The position numbers and the translations under genes are program-made. The notes beneath the pieces were generated by a model. It did not search any database. It was not told where the DNA came from and saw nothing but the letters and a program-made list of their open reading frames with translations. A stretch of 64,000 nt of DNA from assembly GCA_964612665.1 (NCBI GenBank), contig CAZTCI010000004.1, forward strand, positions 78,376 to 142,375, written 5' to 3'. The DNA comes from an uncultured Planctomycetales bacterium. Its GTDB lineage: Bacteria > Omnitrophota > Gorgyraeia > Zapsychrales > JAHFFX01. Below are positions 20,322-29,501 of the stretch, piece after piece (within the stretch, counting starts at the first letter, position 1; the number at the start of each line of letters is the position of its first letter).

Positions 20322-20557
20322 GCCCAACTGTTTTCAGGTATAAGAAATATCGGTTTTTCTTTTTTTCGCGAGAAGAAAAGAGGATGCATATTCACATTAC
20401 CTGTCCTGATGGTGAAGCAAAATTTTGGTTGGAACCGCTGGTGACCTTAGATTGTTACTGGGGATTGGATACAAAGCAGATAAAAGAATGTCAAAAGATT
20501 ATAGAGGAACATAAACATGAAATTGCGAAATCATGGAAGAAGCATTTCCAAAATTGA
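20318..20557 (+). CDS. DUF4160 family protein
   Basis: 79 aa. ...[35 protein letters not shown]... matches the DUF4160 signature (Fx[20 protein letters not shown]). The ATG overlaps the gltB stop (ATGA). Confidence 0.65.
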   Translation: MSPTVFRYKKYRFFFFSREEKRMHIHITCPDGEAKFWLEPLVTLDCYWGLDTKQIKECQKIIEEHKHEIAKSWKKHFQN

Positions 20558-20777
20558 AGTTTTAAATATTTCCGAACATGGATTTTGGATTTGTGTTCAA
20601 GGCAAGGAACATTTTCTTCCATTTCAAGAATTTCCTTGGTTTAAGCAAGCAACTTTGAGTCAGATACAAGACGTCGAGCTATTACATAGACATCATCTCC
20701 ATTGGCCGGCATTGGATATCGATTTGGAGTTGGAGTCTTTAAGTAATCTTGAGAAATATTCTTTGGTTGCACGTTGA
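20517..20777 (+). CDS. DUF2442 family protein
   Basis: 86 aa. ...GKEHFLPFQEFPWFKQATLSQIQDVELLHRHHLHWPALDIDLELESL... matches the DUF2442 signature (PWF..A...Q..N.EL..g.GLHWP.LD.DLS). It overlaps the DUF4160 gene by 41 nt. Confidence 0.6.
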   Translation: MKLRNHGRSISKIEVLNISEHGFWICVQGKEHFLPFQEFPWFKQATLSQIQDVELLHRHHLHWPALDIDLELESLSNLEKYSLVAR

Positions 20778-20801
20778 TTTAAGGTTAAGGATTGAAAGAT
20801 T

Positions 20802-22241
20802 ATGGGTGACATCAAAGGTTTCATGAAATACACGCGGCAGGATTTTAAGAAAGAGCCTGTCGGCGAGCGTTTAAAACATTGGAAAGAATTTACGAAGTTT
20901 CTTCCTGAGGAGGAATTAAGAAAACAGGGCGGGCGTTGCATGGATTGCGGCGTGCCGTTTTGCCAGTCGGGATGTCCCATTGGAAATATTATTCCGGATT
21001 GGAATGATTTGGTTTTTAACAACCGCTGGCAGGAAGCAATCGACCGTCTTCATAAGACAAATAATTTTCCTGAATTTACCGGGCGCGTTTGTCCGGCGCC
21101 GTGTGAGAACGCCTGTGTGCTTGCCATCAATCAACCCGCCGTTACGATTAAAAATATCGAAGTCAGTATCATTGAAAAAGCTTATGAAGAAGGCTGGATC
21201 AAACCCGAACCGCCGAAAGAACGCACCGATTACACCGTTGCCGTCGTCGGCTCTGGCCCGGCGGGACTTGCCTGCGCGGATCAATTAAATAAATTAGGAC
21301 ATAAAGTTACGGTTTATGAAAAGAACGAAGTCATCGGCGGGCTTTTAACGCTTGGCATTCCGGATTTCAAATTGGAAAAATCCGTTGTCGAACGCCGAAT
21401 CAAACGCATGCATCAGGAAGGTGTAAAATTTAAAACTGGTGTGCATGTCGGTGTTGATGTTTCCGCCAAGGAATTAAAAGAAAAATATGATGTGCTAGTT
21501 TTATGCGGCGGTGCGGAACAGCCGCGTGAACTGCCGATTCCCGGACGCGATCTCGAAGGAGTTTATCAGGCGATGTTTTTCTTGCCGCAACAAAACCGGC
21601 GAGGTTTGGGCCAAACGATTGATCCGAAAATCAGCGTGACCGCCAAAGGCAAACGCGTCGTCATTTTAGGCGGCGGCGATACAGGTTCTGACTGTTTAGG
21701 AACTTCCAACCGTCAGGGCGCGGTTTGGGTGAAACAATTCGAACTTCTTCCTGAACCTCCTAAAGAAAGACCCGCAGATAATCCCTGGCCGCAATGGGCG
21801 TTTATTCACCGGACTTCAACATCTCATGAAGAAGGTGTTGACCGTGATTATAGTATTCTGACAAAAAGTTTTAGCGGCCACGACGGGAAATTAAAAAAAA
21901 TGCATGGTGTGCGTTTATCATTTGGTGACAAAGATCCCAAGACCGGCCAGCGGCCGATGAAAGAAATTCCGGGATCGGAATTTGAATTTGAAGTTGATAT
22001 GGTTTTGCTTGCGATGGGTTTTACCGGCCCGGTTAAAAAAGGAATGATTGAAGAATTGGGTCTGGAATTGGACGCGCGTGGCAACATTAAAAATGACCGC
22101 AACAAAATGACTAATGTGCCGGGTGTTTTTACCGCCGGTGACATGGCCCGCGGCCAGTCGCTGGTTGTTTGGGCGATTAATGAAGGACGCAACGCCGCCG
22201 AGGGTGTTCATCAATACTTGATGAACAAAGCAACTGTTTAA
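20802..22241 (+). CDS. gltD: Glutamate synthase small subunit (NADPH-dependent)
   Basis: 479 aa. A Cys-rich N-terminus (CMDCGVPFCQSGCP...CPAPCENAC) and Rossmann motifs (VAVVGSGPAG, VVILGGGDTG). Confidence 0.9.
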   Translation: MGDIKGFMKYTRQDFKKEPVGERLKHWKEFTKFLPEEELRKQGGRCMDCGVPFCQSGCPIGNIIPDWNDLVFNNRWQEAIDRLHKTNNFPEFTGRVCPAPCENACVLAINQPAVTIKNIEVSIIEKAYEEGWIKPEPPKERTDYTVAVVGSGPAGLACADQLNKLGHKVTVYEKNEVIGGLLTLGIPDFKLEKSVVERRIKRMHQEGVKFKTGVHVGVDVSAKELKEKYDVLVLCGGAEQPRELPIPGRDLEGVYQAMFFLPQQNRRGLGQTIDPKISVTAKGKRVVILGGGDTGSDCLGTSNRQGAVWVKQFELLPEPPKERPADNPWPQWAFIHRTSTSHEEGVDRDYSILTKSFSGHDGKLKKMHGVRLSFGDKDPKTGQRPMKEIPGSEFEFEVDMVLLAMGFTGPVKKGMIEELGLELDARGNIKNDRNKMTNVPGVFTAGDMARGQSLVVWAINEGRNAAEGVHQYLMNKATV

Positions 22242-22825
22242 TGAGTGCATTACGATCCAAAGGCGTCATCACAATCGGCTGGTTGATTGTTATTTTGGCG
22301 GCCCTGCAGATTCAACAAAGTTTTGATTACCACAATCTTCTTAAAATTTACAAAACATTGTATCGCCCATTTTGGGGGCCGATTTTTTATTTCGTGACGG
22401 TTTTTCTTCTGTTCATTGAATTGATATTAGGTTGGAATATCTTATGTCTTAAAGAATGGGCGAGAAAAGGTGTTCTTATTCTCATCGGATTTTACATCGT
22501 CATGACTTTTTCGATGTCTTTGACGGTCGATAAGAATTACCTTCAATATATTCAAGGAACATTTCTTCAACTCGAAGAGTTATCTCAGCGTTTAAATATC
22601 CGATGGGAAAAACACGCGGCGGTTTCCAATACCGCGAGTCCAGTTTATCAAGAAGAAAGACGCGTTTATAATCAAACAAGAACTTTAAGTAATTTATTTT
22701 TGTGGTTTAATATAGGTGTAATTGTTCTTAAATTTTTTGTGTGGTATGTGGCAGCCGTCATCTTCTTTTTGCATCCCAGGGTCAAGGCTCAGTTTCAGCG
22801 TGCGCGTAAATTTGAACATCAATAG
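22241..22825 (+). CDS. Hypothetical integral membrane protein (about 4 TM)
   Basis: 194 aa, hydrophobic helices, no recognisable motif. Confidence 0.4.
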   Translation: MSALRSKGVITIGWLIVILAALQIQQSFDYHNLLKIYKTLYRPFWGPIFYFVTVFLLFIELILGWNILCLKEWARKGVLILIGFYIVMTFSMSLTVDKNYLQYIQGTFLQLEELSQRLNIRWEKHAAVSNTASPVYQEERRVYNQTRTLSNLFLWFNIGVIVLKFFVWYVAAVIFFLHPRVKAQFQRARKFEHQ

Positions 22826-22852
22826 AATTATTTTAGAGAAAGCGGGGAAAAA

Positions 22853-23449
22853 ATGAAAAGAGTCATCGTTTTACTTTTAACGACAATGATTGTGGGATGC
22901 GGTTCTCAAAAAGAAACACAGCAGCAAAGTACCGGTTCCGACGCGACGCAAGCCGCCGCCCCCGCTCAATCGGCTTCCGCCCCTTCGAATGACGCCTTGC
23001 GTGGGCAAAAAGAAGCATTACTTAAAGAAGGCATGGATCTTTTAAATAAAGCGGATGTTCCTGAGGCGGTCAAAACTTTTGTCGCATTGATTAAACTCGA
23101 TCCGCGCGATTCACGCGGCTACATGATATTAGCTGAGACGTATATTCGTATGCAGCGTTATGACGAGGCAAATTCCGTCTTAGAGGCATTAATAAAAGTT
23201 GACCCGCAAAATGCCATGGCGTATTATTTAAAAGGGATGGCTTATGGATTCAATCACAAGCTTCCCGAGGGTATTGACGCTGCCGAAAAGAGTATGGCAT
23301 TATTTAAAGAGAAGCGCGATAAAGCCAATTTTGAAAAGGCCGCCGCTTTGATGCAAGGGCTTAGAGAATTGTCCGATCAAAAACCAGCAAATGCAGCTTC
23401 AACAGTTAAACCGCAAGATATCGTGGCCCCGGCGACGAAAACAGAATAA
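22853..23449 (+). CDS. TPR-repeat lipoprotein
   Basis: 198 aa. Signal peptide with lipobox IVGCGS. TPR-like repeats (...RGYMILAETYIRMQRYDEANSVLEALIKVDPQNAMAYYLKGMAY...). Confidence 0.55.
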   Translation: MKRVIVLLLTTMIVGCGSQKETQQQSTGSDATQAAAPAQSASAPSNDALRGQKEALLKEGMDLLNKADVPEAVKTFVALIKLDPRDSRGYMILAETYIRMQRYDEANSVLEALIKVDPQNAMAYYLKGMAYGFNHKLPEGIDAAEKSMALFKEKRDKANFEKAAALMQGLRELSDQKPANAASTVKPQDIVAPATKTE

Positions 23450-23479
23450 GTTTTCATAAAAATTAGGAATGGATATTTT

Positions 23480-24187
23480 ATGAGCAAAAAAATTTTAGCA
23501 GCTTTATTCTTTTCCCTGGGAGTTTTAAGCGGGACGCCTTTGATAAGTTTGAGCCAAGCAGAGGATTCGGTTGCTTCTCAAGTCGAAGCCTTAGAAGCTC
23601 AAAAAACAAAAGCACGTGAAGATTACAGTCAGCAGAAAAAAGATTTAGACAATCAGTTCAAGGAAAAGATGAAAGATTTAAAAGACACGCCTTCCGACCG
23701 TGTCCGCCGGAGAGAACTGATGCAGGAAATGAATAAGAAAGACCGTGAGCTTTTTAAAGCTTACAAAATTAATATGATGTCTTTGGAAGAAGCCAAACAA
23801 AATTTGATCCATCCCCAAAGTGCCGAAGAGAGAAGAAAAGAGCAAATGGCCCCGCCGGCTGCGCCTCAGATGGCCGTACCTATCAATGATCTCAATTTAA
23901 AGTTGCAACAGCAAAATCAGGGCGGATTAGCCATTCCACCTAATACAGCTCCGACAGACTCGTCTACGCCGCCAAATATACTTAATCCAAATAATATTAC
24001 TTATAATCCCAACCCTTATAATCCCGGGAATCCTACGCCCGTCCAGCAAGATGGGATTATCGACTTTAGTAATATCAAACCACCCTCCGAAATTCCAACG
24101 TTGCCCAGCGCCAATCCTCAGCAGTCTAAAATGTCTTCCAAAGATAAGGGTATCGGCGTTTCACATACGCAGACGCTCCATCCTTAA
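23480..24187 (+). CDS. Secreted coiled-coil / Pro-Asn-rich low-complexity protein
   Basis: 235 aa. Signal peptide, a charged coiled-coil N-half, and a P/N/Q-rich C-half. Confidence 0.4.
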   Translation: MSKKILAALFFSLGVLSGTPLISLSQAEDSVASQVEALEAQKTKAREDYSQQKKDLDNQFKEKMKDLKDTPSDRVRRRELMQEMNKKDRELFKAYKINMMSLEEAKQNLIHPQSAEERRKEQMAPPAAPQMAVPINDLNLKLQQQNQGGLAIPPNTAPTDSSTPPNILNPNNITYNPNPYNPGNPTPVQQDGIIDFSNIKPPSEIPTLPSANPQQSKMSSKDKGIGVSHTQTLHP

Positions 24188-24217
24188 AGTTGTTTTAAGA
24201 AGTTTGGCCTATTCTTT

Positions 24218-25213
24218 ATGAAAACAGGAATATATATCTTAGTTTTGATGTTATTTTTCTGTCCGGTGTTGAGTTTTGCTGCTCAGAATCCGAGTGATAA
24301 TACTAAGGAATTATTAGCACCGATTCCATCCGATGGTTTAAACCGACGCTATGAACAATTTTATGCCAAAGCGGAAGCTGCCATGAATCAGCGTCACTAT
24401 AAAGAGGCGGATTTTTGGCTGGCGCGTTATGTGGGTGAGATTGCCCTGGATTCCCGTCGGGAGAAAAATATTGAAGACCTCTATCCTCTTTTTAAAAAAC
24501 ATCCAGCCTCCCATCCGACATCTACTATGCCCGGTCAATATCATCCAGATTTTGTACGCTGGTTTGTTTTTGGCAGTTATGCGATGTGGGGTGTTTCAGA
24601 AGATTTGGTTGATGCTGAAAATTTCAAATTCGAAATTGGACGTGCGACATCCGGAAAGTTTTTCGCCCAGGTCTGGGCGTCTCCTTATCTTGAAGGATGG
24701 TTGATGCTGCAAAAGAAAAAAATAGCGACTTCACTTTTGGTCCTCGGAAGTTCTAAGACGACACCTTATCTGGTGACCGGATGTTTAAACGAATCCAATG
24801 AAGCAGAACAGACCTTTAAAGAACTCCCGCTTGATATTAAAGGATACGCTTTGCAATATCTTTGGCCTTTGGAGTTTTATGATTTGGATAATGATGGAGT
24901 CCCCGAAGTTTGGGTGCGTTATAATTACACATCACCGACGGGATTTACTCAGGAGCTGGCGATTTATAAAATAAAAGAAGAGGGCCCGGTTCTGTTTAAG
25001 AAATTTACCGGCCGCGAACAAGGTATCGCGCGGCATTTAAAAGGAAACACGATTGAAGTCGCCGCAGGCATTCCTCCTAAAAATGGTGATGCTGAACAAG
25101 AACATTTTGAAACTTGGGTGTATCGGGATGGTGAATTTAAGAAAATTACCGAATGGAATGTCCCGCAGGTGATCAGCACGGACGCTTGGCGGCCGTATTA
25201 TCTAGACGATTAA
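24218..25213 (+). CDS. Secreted hypothetical protein
   Basis: 331 aa. Signal peptide (LSFAAQ), no recognisable domain. Confidence 0.4.
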   Translation: MKTGIYILVLMLFFCPVLSFAAQNPSDNTKELLAPIPSDGLNRRYEQFYAKAEAAMNQRHYKEADFWLARYVGEIALDSRREKNIEDLYPLFKKHPASHPTSTMPGQYHPDFVRWFVFGSYAMWGVSEDLVDAENFKFEIGRATSGKFFAQVWASPYLEGWLMLQKKKIATSLLVLGSSKTTPYLVTGCLNESNEAEQTFKELPLDIKGYALQYLWPLEFYDLDNDGVPEVWVRYNYTSPTGFTQELAIYKIKEEGPVLFKKFTGREQGIARHLKGNTIEVAAGIPPKNGDAEQEHFETWVYRDGEFKKITEWNVPQVISTDAWRPYYLDD

Positions 25214-25280
25214 ATAGAATTACGGCCTTTTACTTGTCTTGAAAAGCTATTGAAGGTAAAATACAAAAAATTATGAGAGA

Positions 25281-25310
25281 CGGCCCAACGGGCCGTCTGT
25301 ACCGTAAATA
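25281..25310 (+). terminator. Hairpin (terminator or attenuator) between the hypothetical gene and gspE
   Basis: AGACGGCC-caac-GGGCCGTCT perfect stem, followed by a T-rich tract. Confidence 0.45.
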
Positions 25311-25319
25311 TTTTATTTT

Positions 25320-27002
25320 ATGAAAACAAAATTAGGTCAATTGCTGATTAAAAGCAATGTCATAACCCAGGAACAGCTGGAGATTGCTCTTCGCGAACAG
25401 AAACAGACCGAGCTTTTAGGCGAGACCTTAATGCGTTTGGGATTTGTCGACGAAGAAGATATGATCCTGCCGCTCTTGGCCGAGCAAATCGGTGTTGATT
25501 ACGTTAATTTAAAAAAGCTTTTGATCAATCCTGAAGCCGTTAAACGAATCCCTGCCAAAGTCGCCTACTACTACAAAATCATGCCGGTTGAATTTAAGGA
25601 CAATGTTTTGACGATTGCGCTGCGCAATCCGCTTGATATCCAAGTCATCGACGGTGTCGCCCAAGCTTCGAGTTCAAAAGTTAAAATCATTCTGGCTTCC
25701 GAAAAAGACATTCGCGACAGTTTGCGTAAATATTATGGCGTTGGCGCGGAAACCATCGAACAGATCATGGACAGCACGGATGGTCCGCGCAAGACAGCGT
25801 CTAACACGGCCGCCGTTGAAGAAGTCGGATCGGAAGCGTCCATCAGCAAGTTCGTTAATCAAATATTGATTGAAGCTTATCAGCAGCGGGCGACTGATAT
25901 CCATATTGAACCTTATGAGAATGAACTTTCGATCCGCTACCGCGTCGACGGAATCTTGTATGACGCGAATGTTCCACCAAACATTAAATATTTTCGCGAC
26001 GCGATTAATTCTCGTATCAAAATTTTATCTAACCTTAATATTGCTGAAAAACGTCTGCCGCAGGACGGGCGGTTTAAACTGCGGATCAATGACATTGATT
26101 TGGACTTGCGCGTTTCTTTTGTGCCGACGCAATTTGGTGAAAGTGTCGTTATCCGTATTTTAAGTTCCCGCAAACTGCTTAGTCTTGAAGAATTGGGCCT
26201 GCCATCGGATGATTTGCATTTGCTGGATGATCTTATTAAAAAACCGCACGGGATTATTTTGGTGACCGGCCCGACGGGAAGTGGTAAAACAACGACACTC
26301 TACGCGTGTCTTTCGCGGATCAATAAAAGCGATCGCAAAATTATTACAATCGAAGATCCGATCGAATATCAAATCAAAGGCATCACGCAAACGCAAGTTA
26401 ATCCAATTATTGGTTACAGTTTTGCTAACGGCCTGCGGTCTTTGTTGCGCCACGATCCGGATATCATGATGGTCGGTGAAATCCGTGATGTGGAGACCGC
26501 GGAAATCACCATCCAAGTGGCTTTAACCGGGCATTTGGTTTTCTCGACGCTGCACACTAATGATGCGGCCAGCGGTATCACGCGTCTTTTGGACATGGGC
26601 ATTGAGGCATTTTTGATCGCGAGTTCTGTTGAATGTTTTGTTGCCCAGCGTTTGATTCGCTTAATTTGTCAAAAGTGTAAAGCGCCGGACAAAGGCGCGT
26701 CGGATATTATTAAAGATTTTGGTTTAACCACTGAAGAATCCCGCCAAGTTACGATTTATAAAGGCGACGGGTGTGAGGCGTGTCAGTTTACCGGATTTTT
26801 GGGCCGTCAGGGTATTTATGAATTTTTGATTGTGAACGACGCCATCCGTGAATTAATCATGGCCCGCGCCACTGCCGGGCAAATCCGCAATAAAGCCATC
26901 CAAAACGGCATGCGCACGTTGCGCCAAGATGGATGGATTCGCGTCAAACAAGGACTGACGACGCCCAGTGAAGTGATGCGTGTGACGCAAGAAGAATTTT
27001 AG
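25320..27002 (+). CDS. gspE: Type II secretion / type IV pilus assembly ATPase (GspE/PilB family)
   Basis: 560 aa. N-terminal T2SSE_N-like domain. Walker A GPTGSGKTT. Asp box, His box and tetracysteine motif (CQKC...CEAC). Confidence 0.9.
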   Translation: MKTKLGQLLIKSNVITQEQLEIALREQKQTELLGETLMRLGFVDEEDMILPLLAEQIGVDYVNLKKLLINPEAVKRIPAKVAYYYKIMPVEFKDNVLTIALRNPLDIQVIDGVAQASSSKVKIILASEKDIRDSLRKYYGVGAETIEQIMDSTDGPRKTASNTAAVEEVGSEASISKFVNQILIEAYQQRATDIHIEPYENELSIRYRVDGILYDANVPPNIKYFRDAINSRIKILSNLNIAEKRLPQDGRFKLRINDIDLDLRVSFVPTQFGESVVIRILSSRKLLSLEELGLPSDDLHLLDDLIKKPHGIILVTGPTGSGKTTTLYACLSRINKSDRKIITIEDPIEYQIKGITQTQVNPIIGYSFANGLRSLLRHDPDIMMVGEIRDVETAEITIQVALTGHLVFSTLHTNDAASGITRLLDMGIEAFLIASSVECFVAQRLIRLICQKCKAPDKGASDIIKDFGLTTEESRQVTIYKGDGCEACQFTGFLGRQGIYEFLIVNDAIRELIMARATAGQIRNKAIQNGMRTLRQDGWIRVKQGLTTPSEVMRVTQEEF

Positions 27003-27023
27003 TAAAATTTCCAATGACCAAGA

Positions 27024-27123
27024 TGCAATTACCAAACAATATTCAAATTCTAATTTTCAATATCCAAACACAATGTTCGGTTTGGTAATTGAGAATTGTA
27101 AATTGGAATTTGTTTGGTAATTG
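27024..27123. promoter_or_regulatory. Cluster of inverted and direct repeats (GTTTGGTAATTG / CAATTACCAAAC) between gspE and gspF
   Basis: GCAATTACCAAAC at 27025..27037 is the perfect inverted complement of GTTTGGTAATTG at 27080..27091, which is repeated directly at 27111..27123. CCAAACA also recurs at 27065..27071. Confidence 0.4.
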
Positions 27124-27152
27124 GAAATTGTTTATTGGCCATTCGACGAATA

Positions 27153-28382
27153 ATGCCCAAATTTACCTACCGAGCGAAACAGGGTCCTGGTCAAGTGATC
27201 GCCGGGACAGTTGAGGCGGACACGTTAGATAGTGCCGTCCGCCAGGTCACTCAAATGGGGTATTTTCCCCTCGATGTGATTGAGGCGGGAGAATCTTCTA
27301 AGTCCAATTTTGTCCAAGCGCCGAAACCGGTTTGGATTTTCCGCCGTAAAATTACCGTAAACCAAGTCGCTATTTTTACGCGCCAAATTTTTGTTTTGGT
27401 TGATTCCGGCGTGCCGATTTTAAAGACACTCAAAACTATTTTAAATCAAACGATCAGTCCGGCTTTTAAAAAAATTGTCCAAGATCTTTACACCTTTATT
27501 GAAGACGGCGGCACTTTATCCGACGGGCTGGCGCTTCATCCGGATGTGTTTTCGAAATTATATGTGAATATGGTCAAAGCGGGTGAGTTAAGCGGCCAGC
27601 TGCCGCGGATATTAAACCGTCTGGCGGATTTTATAGAACGCGAAGAACGTTCGCGTACACAGATTAAAACGAGTTTGTATTATCCAATCTTTGTCGCCGT
27701 CGTTGGTGTGGCCGCTGTTTTTATTATTATGACGTTTGTTATTCCTAAGTTAAGCGGTATGTTTGAAGAATCCAATACGCAATTACCTTTGCCGACGAGA
27801 ATCCTAATGGGTATCAGTGATATTTGCGTTCACTTCTGGTGGCTGGGTTTGATTTTGGTAGGCGCTGGATTATTAAGTTTTCGTCAGTTCAATAGTTCTA
27901 TTCAAGGCAAAAAGAAAATCGATGGGATTAAACTTAGGATACCGGTTTTAAGTAATTTAATCCGCGAGATTGAGCTCGCCCGTTTCGCCCGCACACTCGG
28001 CACATTGATTCAAAGTGGTGTGGTTATTGTAACGGCCTTGGAAGCAGTGGTTGAAGTTTTAGATAATGAAGTTTTAAGAGAAAATGTGCGCGAAGCGGCC
28101 CGTGAAGTTAAAAATGGGGCCAGCTTAACCAACGCCTTGGCCAAAAGCAGTTATTTTCCAGAAGCGGCGTTAAGTATTATCGCCGTCGGGGAAGAGTCCG
28201 GGCATCTCGATAAGGGATTGCATAATCTGGCAGATTCATATGAACGGCAGTCAGAAACTACATTAAAGACAATCATTTCATTGTTTGGTCCATCTATGAT
28301 TTTAATCATTGGATTGATTGTGGCTTTTATCGTCATTGCCATGGCCTTACCTATTTTGCAAATGAATCTTTTGGTCCAGTAA
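27153..28382 (+). CDS. gspF: Type II secretion / T4P platform protein (GspF/PilC family)
   Basis: About 409 aa from the ATG at 27153 (the ORF-track start at 27114 is TTG). Two T2SSF domains and 3 TM. Confidence 0.85.
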   Translation: MPKFTYRAKQGPGQVIAGTVEADTLDSAVRQVTQMGYFPLDVIEAGESSKSNFVQAPKPVWIFRRKITVNQVAIFTRQIFVLVDSGVPILKTLKTILNQTISPAFKKIVQDLYTFIEDGGTLSDGLALHPDVFSKLYVNMVKAGELSGQLPRILNRLADFIEREERSRTQIKTSLYYPIFVAVVGVAAVFIIMTFVIPKLSGMFEESNTQLPLPTRILMGISDICVHFWWLGLILVGAGLLSFRQFNSSIQGKKKIDGIKLRIPVLSNLIREIELARFARTLGTLIQSGVVIVTALEAVVEVLDNEVLRENVREAAREVKNGASLTNALAKSSYFPEAALSIIAVGEESGHLDKGLHNLADSYERQSETTLKTIISLFGPSMILIIGLIVAFIVIAMALPILQMNLLVQ

Positions 28383-28434
28383 TAAAGATTTTAATCAGCT
28401 ATTTGAGAAAGTTTCTATAAAAAGGAGAGCAAGC

Positions 28435-28896
28435 ATGCGTAAGTGGGACAAAAAGGGTTTTACTTTTATTGAAATTATGACGGTTGTTATCATTTTAGGA
28501 ATTCTCGTCGCCATTGTGGCGCCGCGTTTTTTCGGCCGGGCGGATCAAGCCCGCATTACGGCTGCCAAGGCTGACATCGAAACGAATCTATCCACCGCTC
28601 TTGAGATGTACCAGCTTGACAACCGGCATTTTCCGTCGACGGATCAGGGGCTTCGCGCTTTGATGGACAAACCCAGCGGCGCTCCTGATACTCCCAACTG
28701 GAACGGTCCATACCTTAAACGCAAAAAACTTCCCAAAGATCCATGGGGCAAAGATTACGTTTATGTGTCTCCGGGCGTGCATAACACCAAAGAATACGAT
28801 TTGTCTTCGCTGGGACCGGATGGCGTTGAGAGTGCTGACGATATTACTAATTGGGAAGGTGAAACGGCGGCGACTCAAGATAATAATGTGAAGTAA
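28435..28896 (+). CDS. gspG: Major pseudopilin GspG
   Basis: 153 aa. Prepilin motif KKGFTFIEIMTVVIILGILVAIV. ...ITAAKADIETNLSTALEMYQLDNRHFPST... is the GspG signature. Confidence 0.85.
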   Translation: MRKWDKKGFTFIEIMTVVIILGILVAIVAPRFFGRADQARITAAKADIETNLSTALEMYQLDNRHFPSTDQGLRALMDKPSGAPDTPNWNGPYLKRKKLPKDPWGKDYVYVSPGVHNTKEYDLSSLGPDGVESADDITNWEGETAATQDNNVK

Positions 28897-28964
28897 ATTC
28901 GAAAATATTATTTAAGAATCGGTTCGAATTTTGAAAATTAGTTCAATCTATATTGATCGTAATA

Positions 28965-29501
28965 ATGAACAATGCTCGACGGGCTTTTACATTTATTGAA
29001 CTTCTTATTGTCATGGCCTTAATCGGCATAATAACCGGTTTGGCCGTGGTCAATTTTGGCCGAAACTACGAGCAGCTGGAATTACAGCAGACCGCGAAAG
29101 ATCTCACCTATTTAATGCGTTACGCAAAAATGCTGGCGGTCACTCACCAAAAAGAATATCAATTGATCCTTGATACAACTCAACATCAATACTGGATAAC
29201 AGAAGATTTACCGGTAAATCCGTCGGATAATTCAAATCAAACATCACAAACGCCGTCTGCGCCGTCGGAACATCCTGCTGAATACTGGCAACGCGTCCAG
29301 AAGATTCCTATTGAACTTAAAGTCAAAGCCGACAAGACATCCGCCGTCTTTCATACTAACGGCGCGATTGACGAAATTAGTATTTATCTGTGCCGAGAAA
29401 AGCAATGTCTTATTGCCACGACTCAAACTTCGGGAAATTCCGTCGAGACTTTTCCGGCCGAACTGCCCAAAGAGTTGGAAGATGCCGCCAAAGATGAATA
29501 A
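28965..29501 (+). CDS. Minor pseudopilin (GspH-like)
   Basis: N-terminal MNNARRAFTFIELLIVMALIGIITGLAV is a class-III prepilin signal with Ala at -1. The ATG at 28965 is in frame within the track ORF, which starts at a TTG at 28953. Confidence 0.65.
   Translation: MNNARRAFTFIELLIVMALIGIITGLAVVNFGRNYEQLELQQTAKDLTYLMRYAKMLAVTHQKEYQLILDTTQHQYWITEDLPVNPSDNSNQTSQTPSAPSEHPAEYWQRVQKIPIELKVKADKTSAVFHTNGAIDEISIYLCREKQCLIATTQTSGNSVETFPAELPKELEDAAKDE

Noticed and set aside
29311-29493. N-terminal 61-aa extension of the track ORF 29311..29910
   Set aside because: The extension overlaps the preceding pseudopilin gene in another frame. The prepilin-type N-terminus begins at the in-frame ATG at 29494, which overlaps the upstream stop codon.
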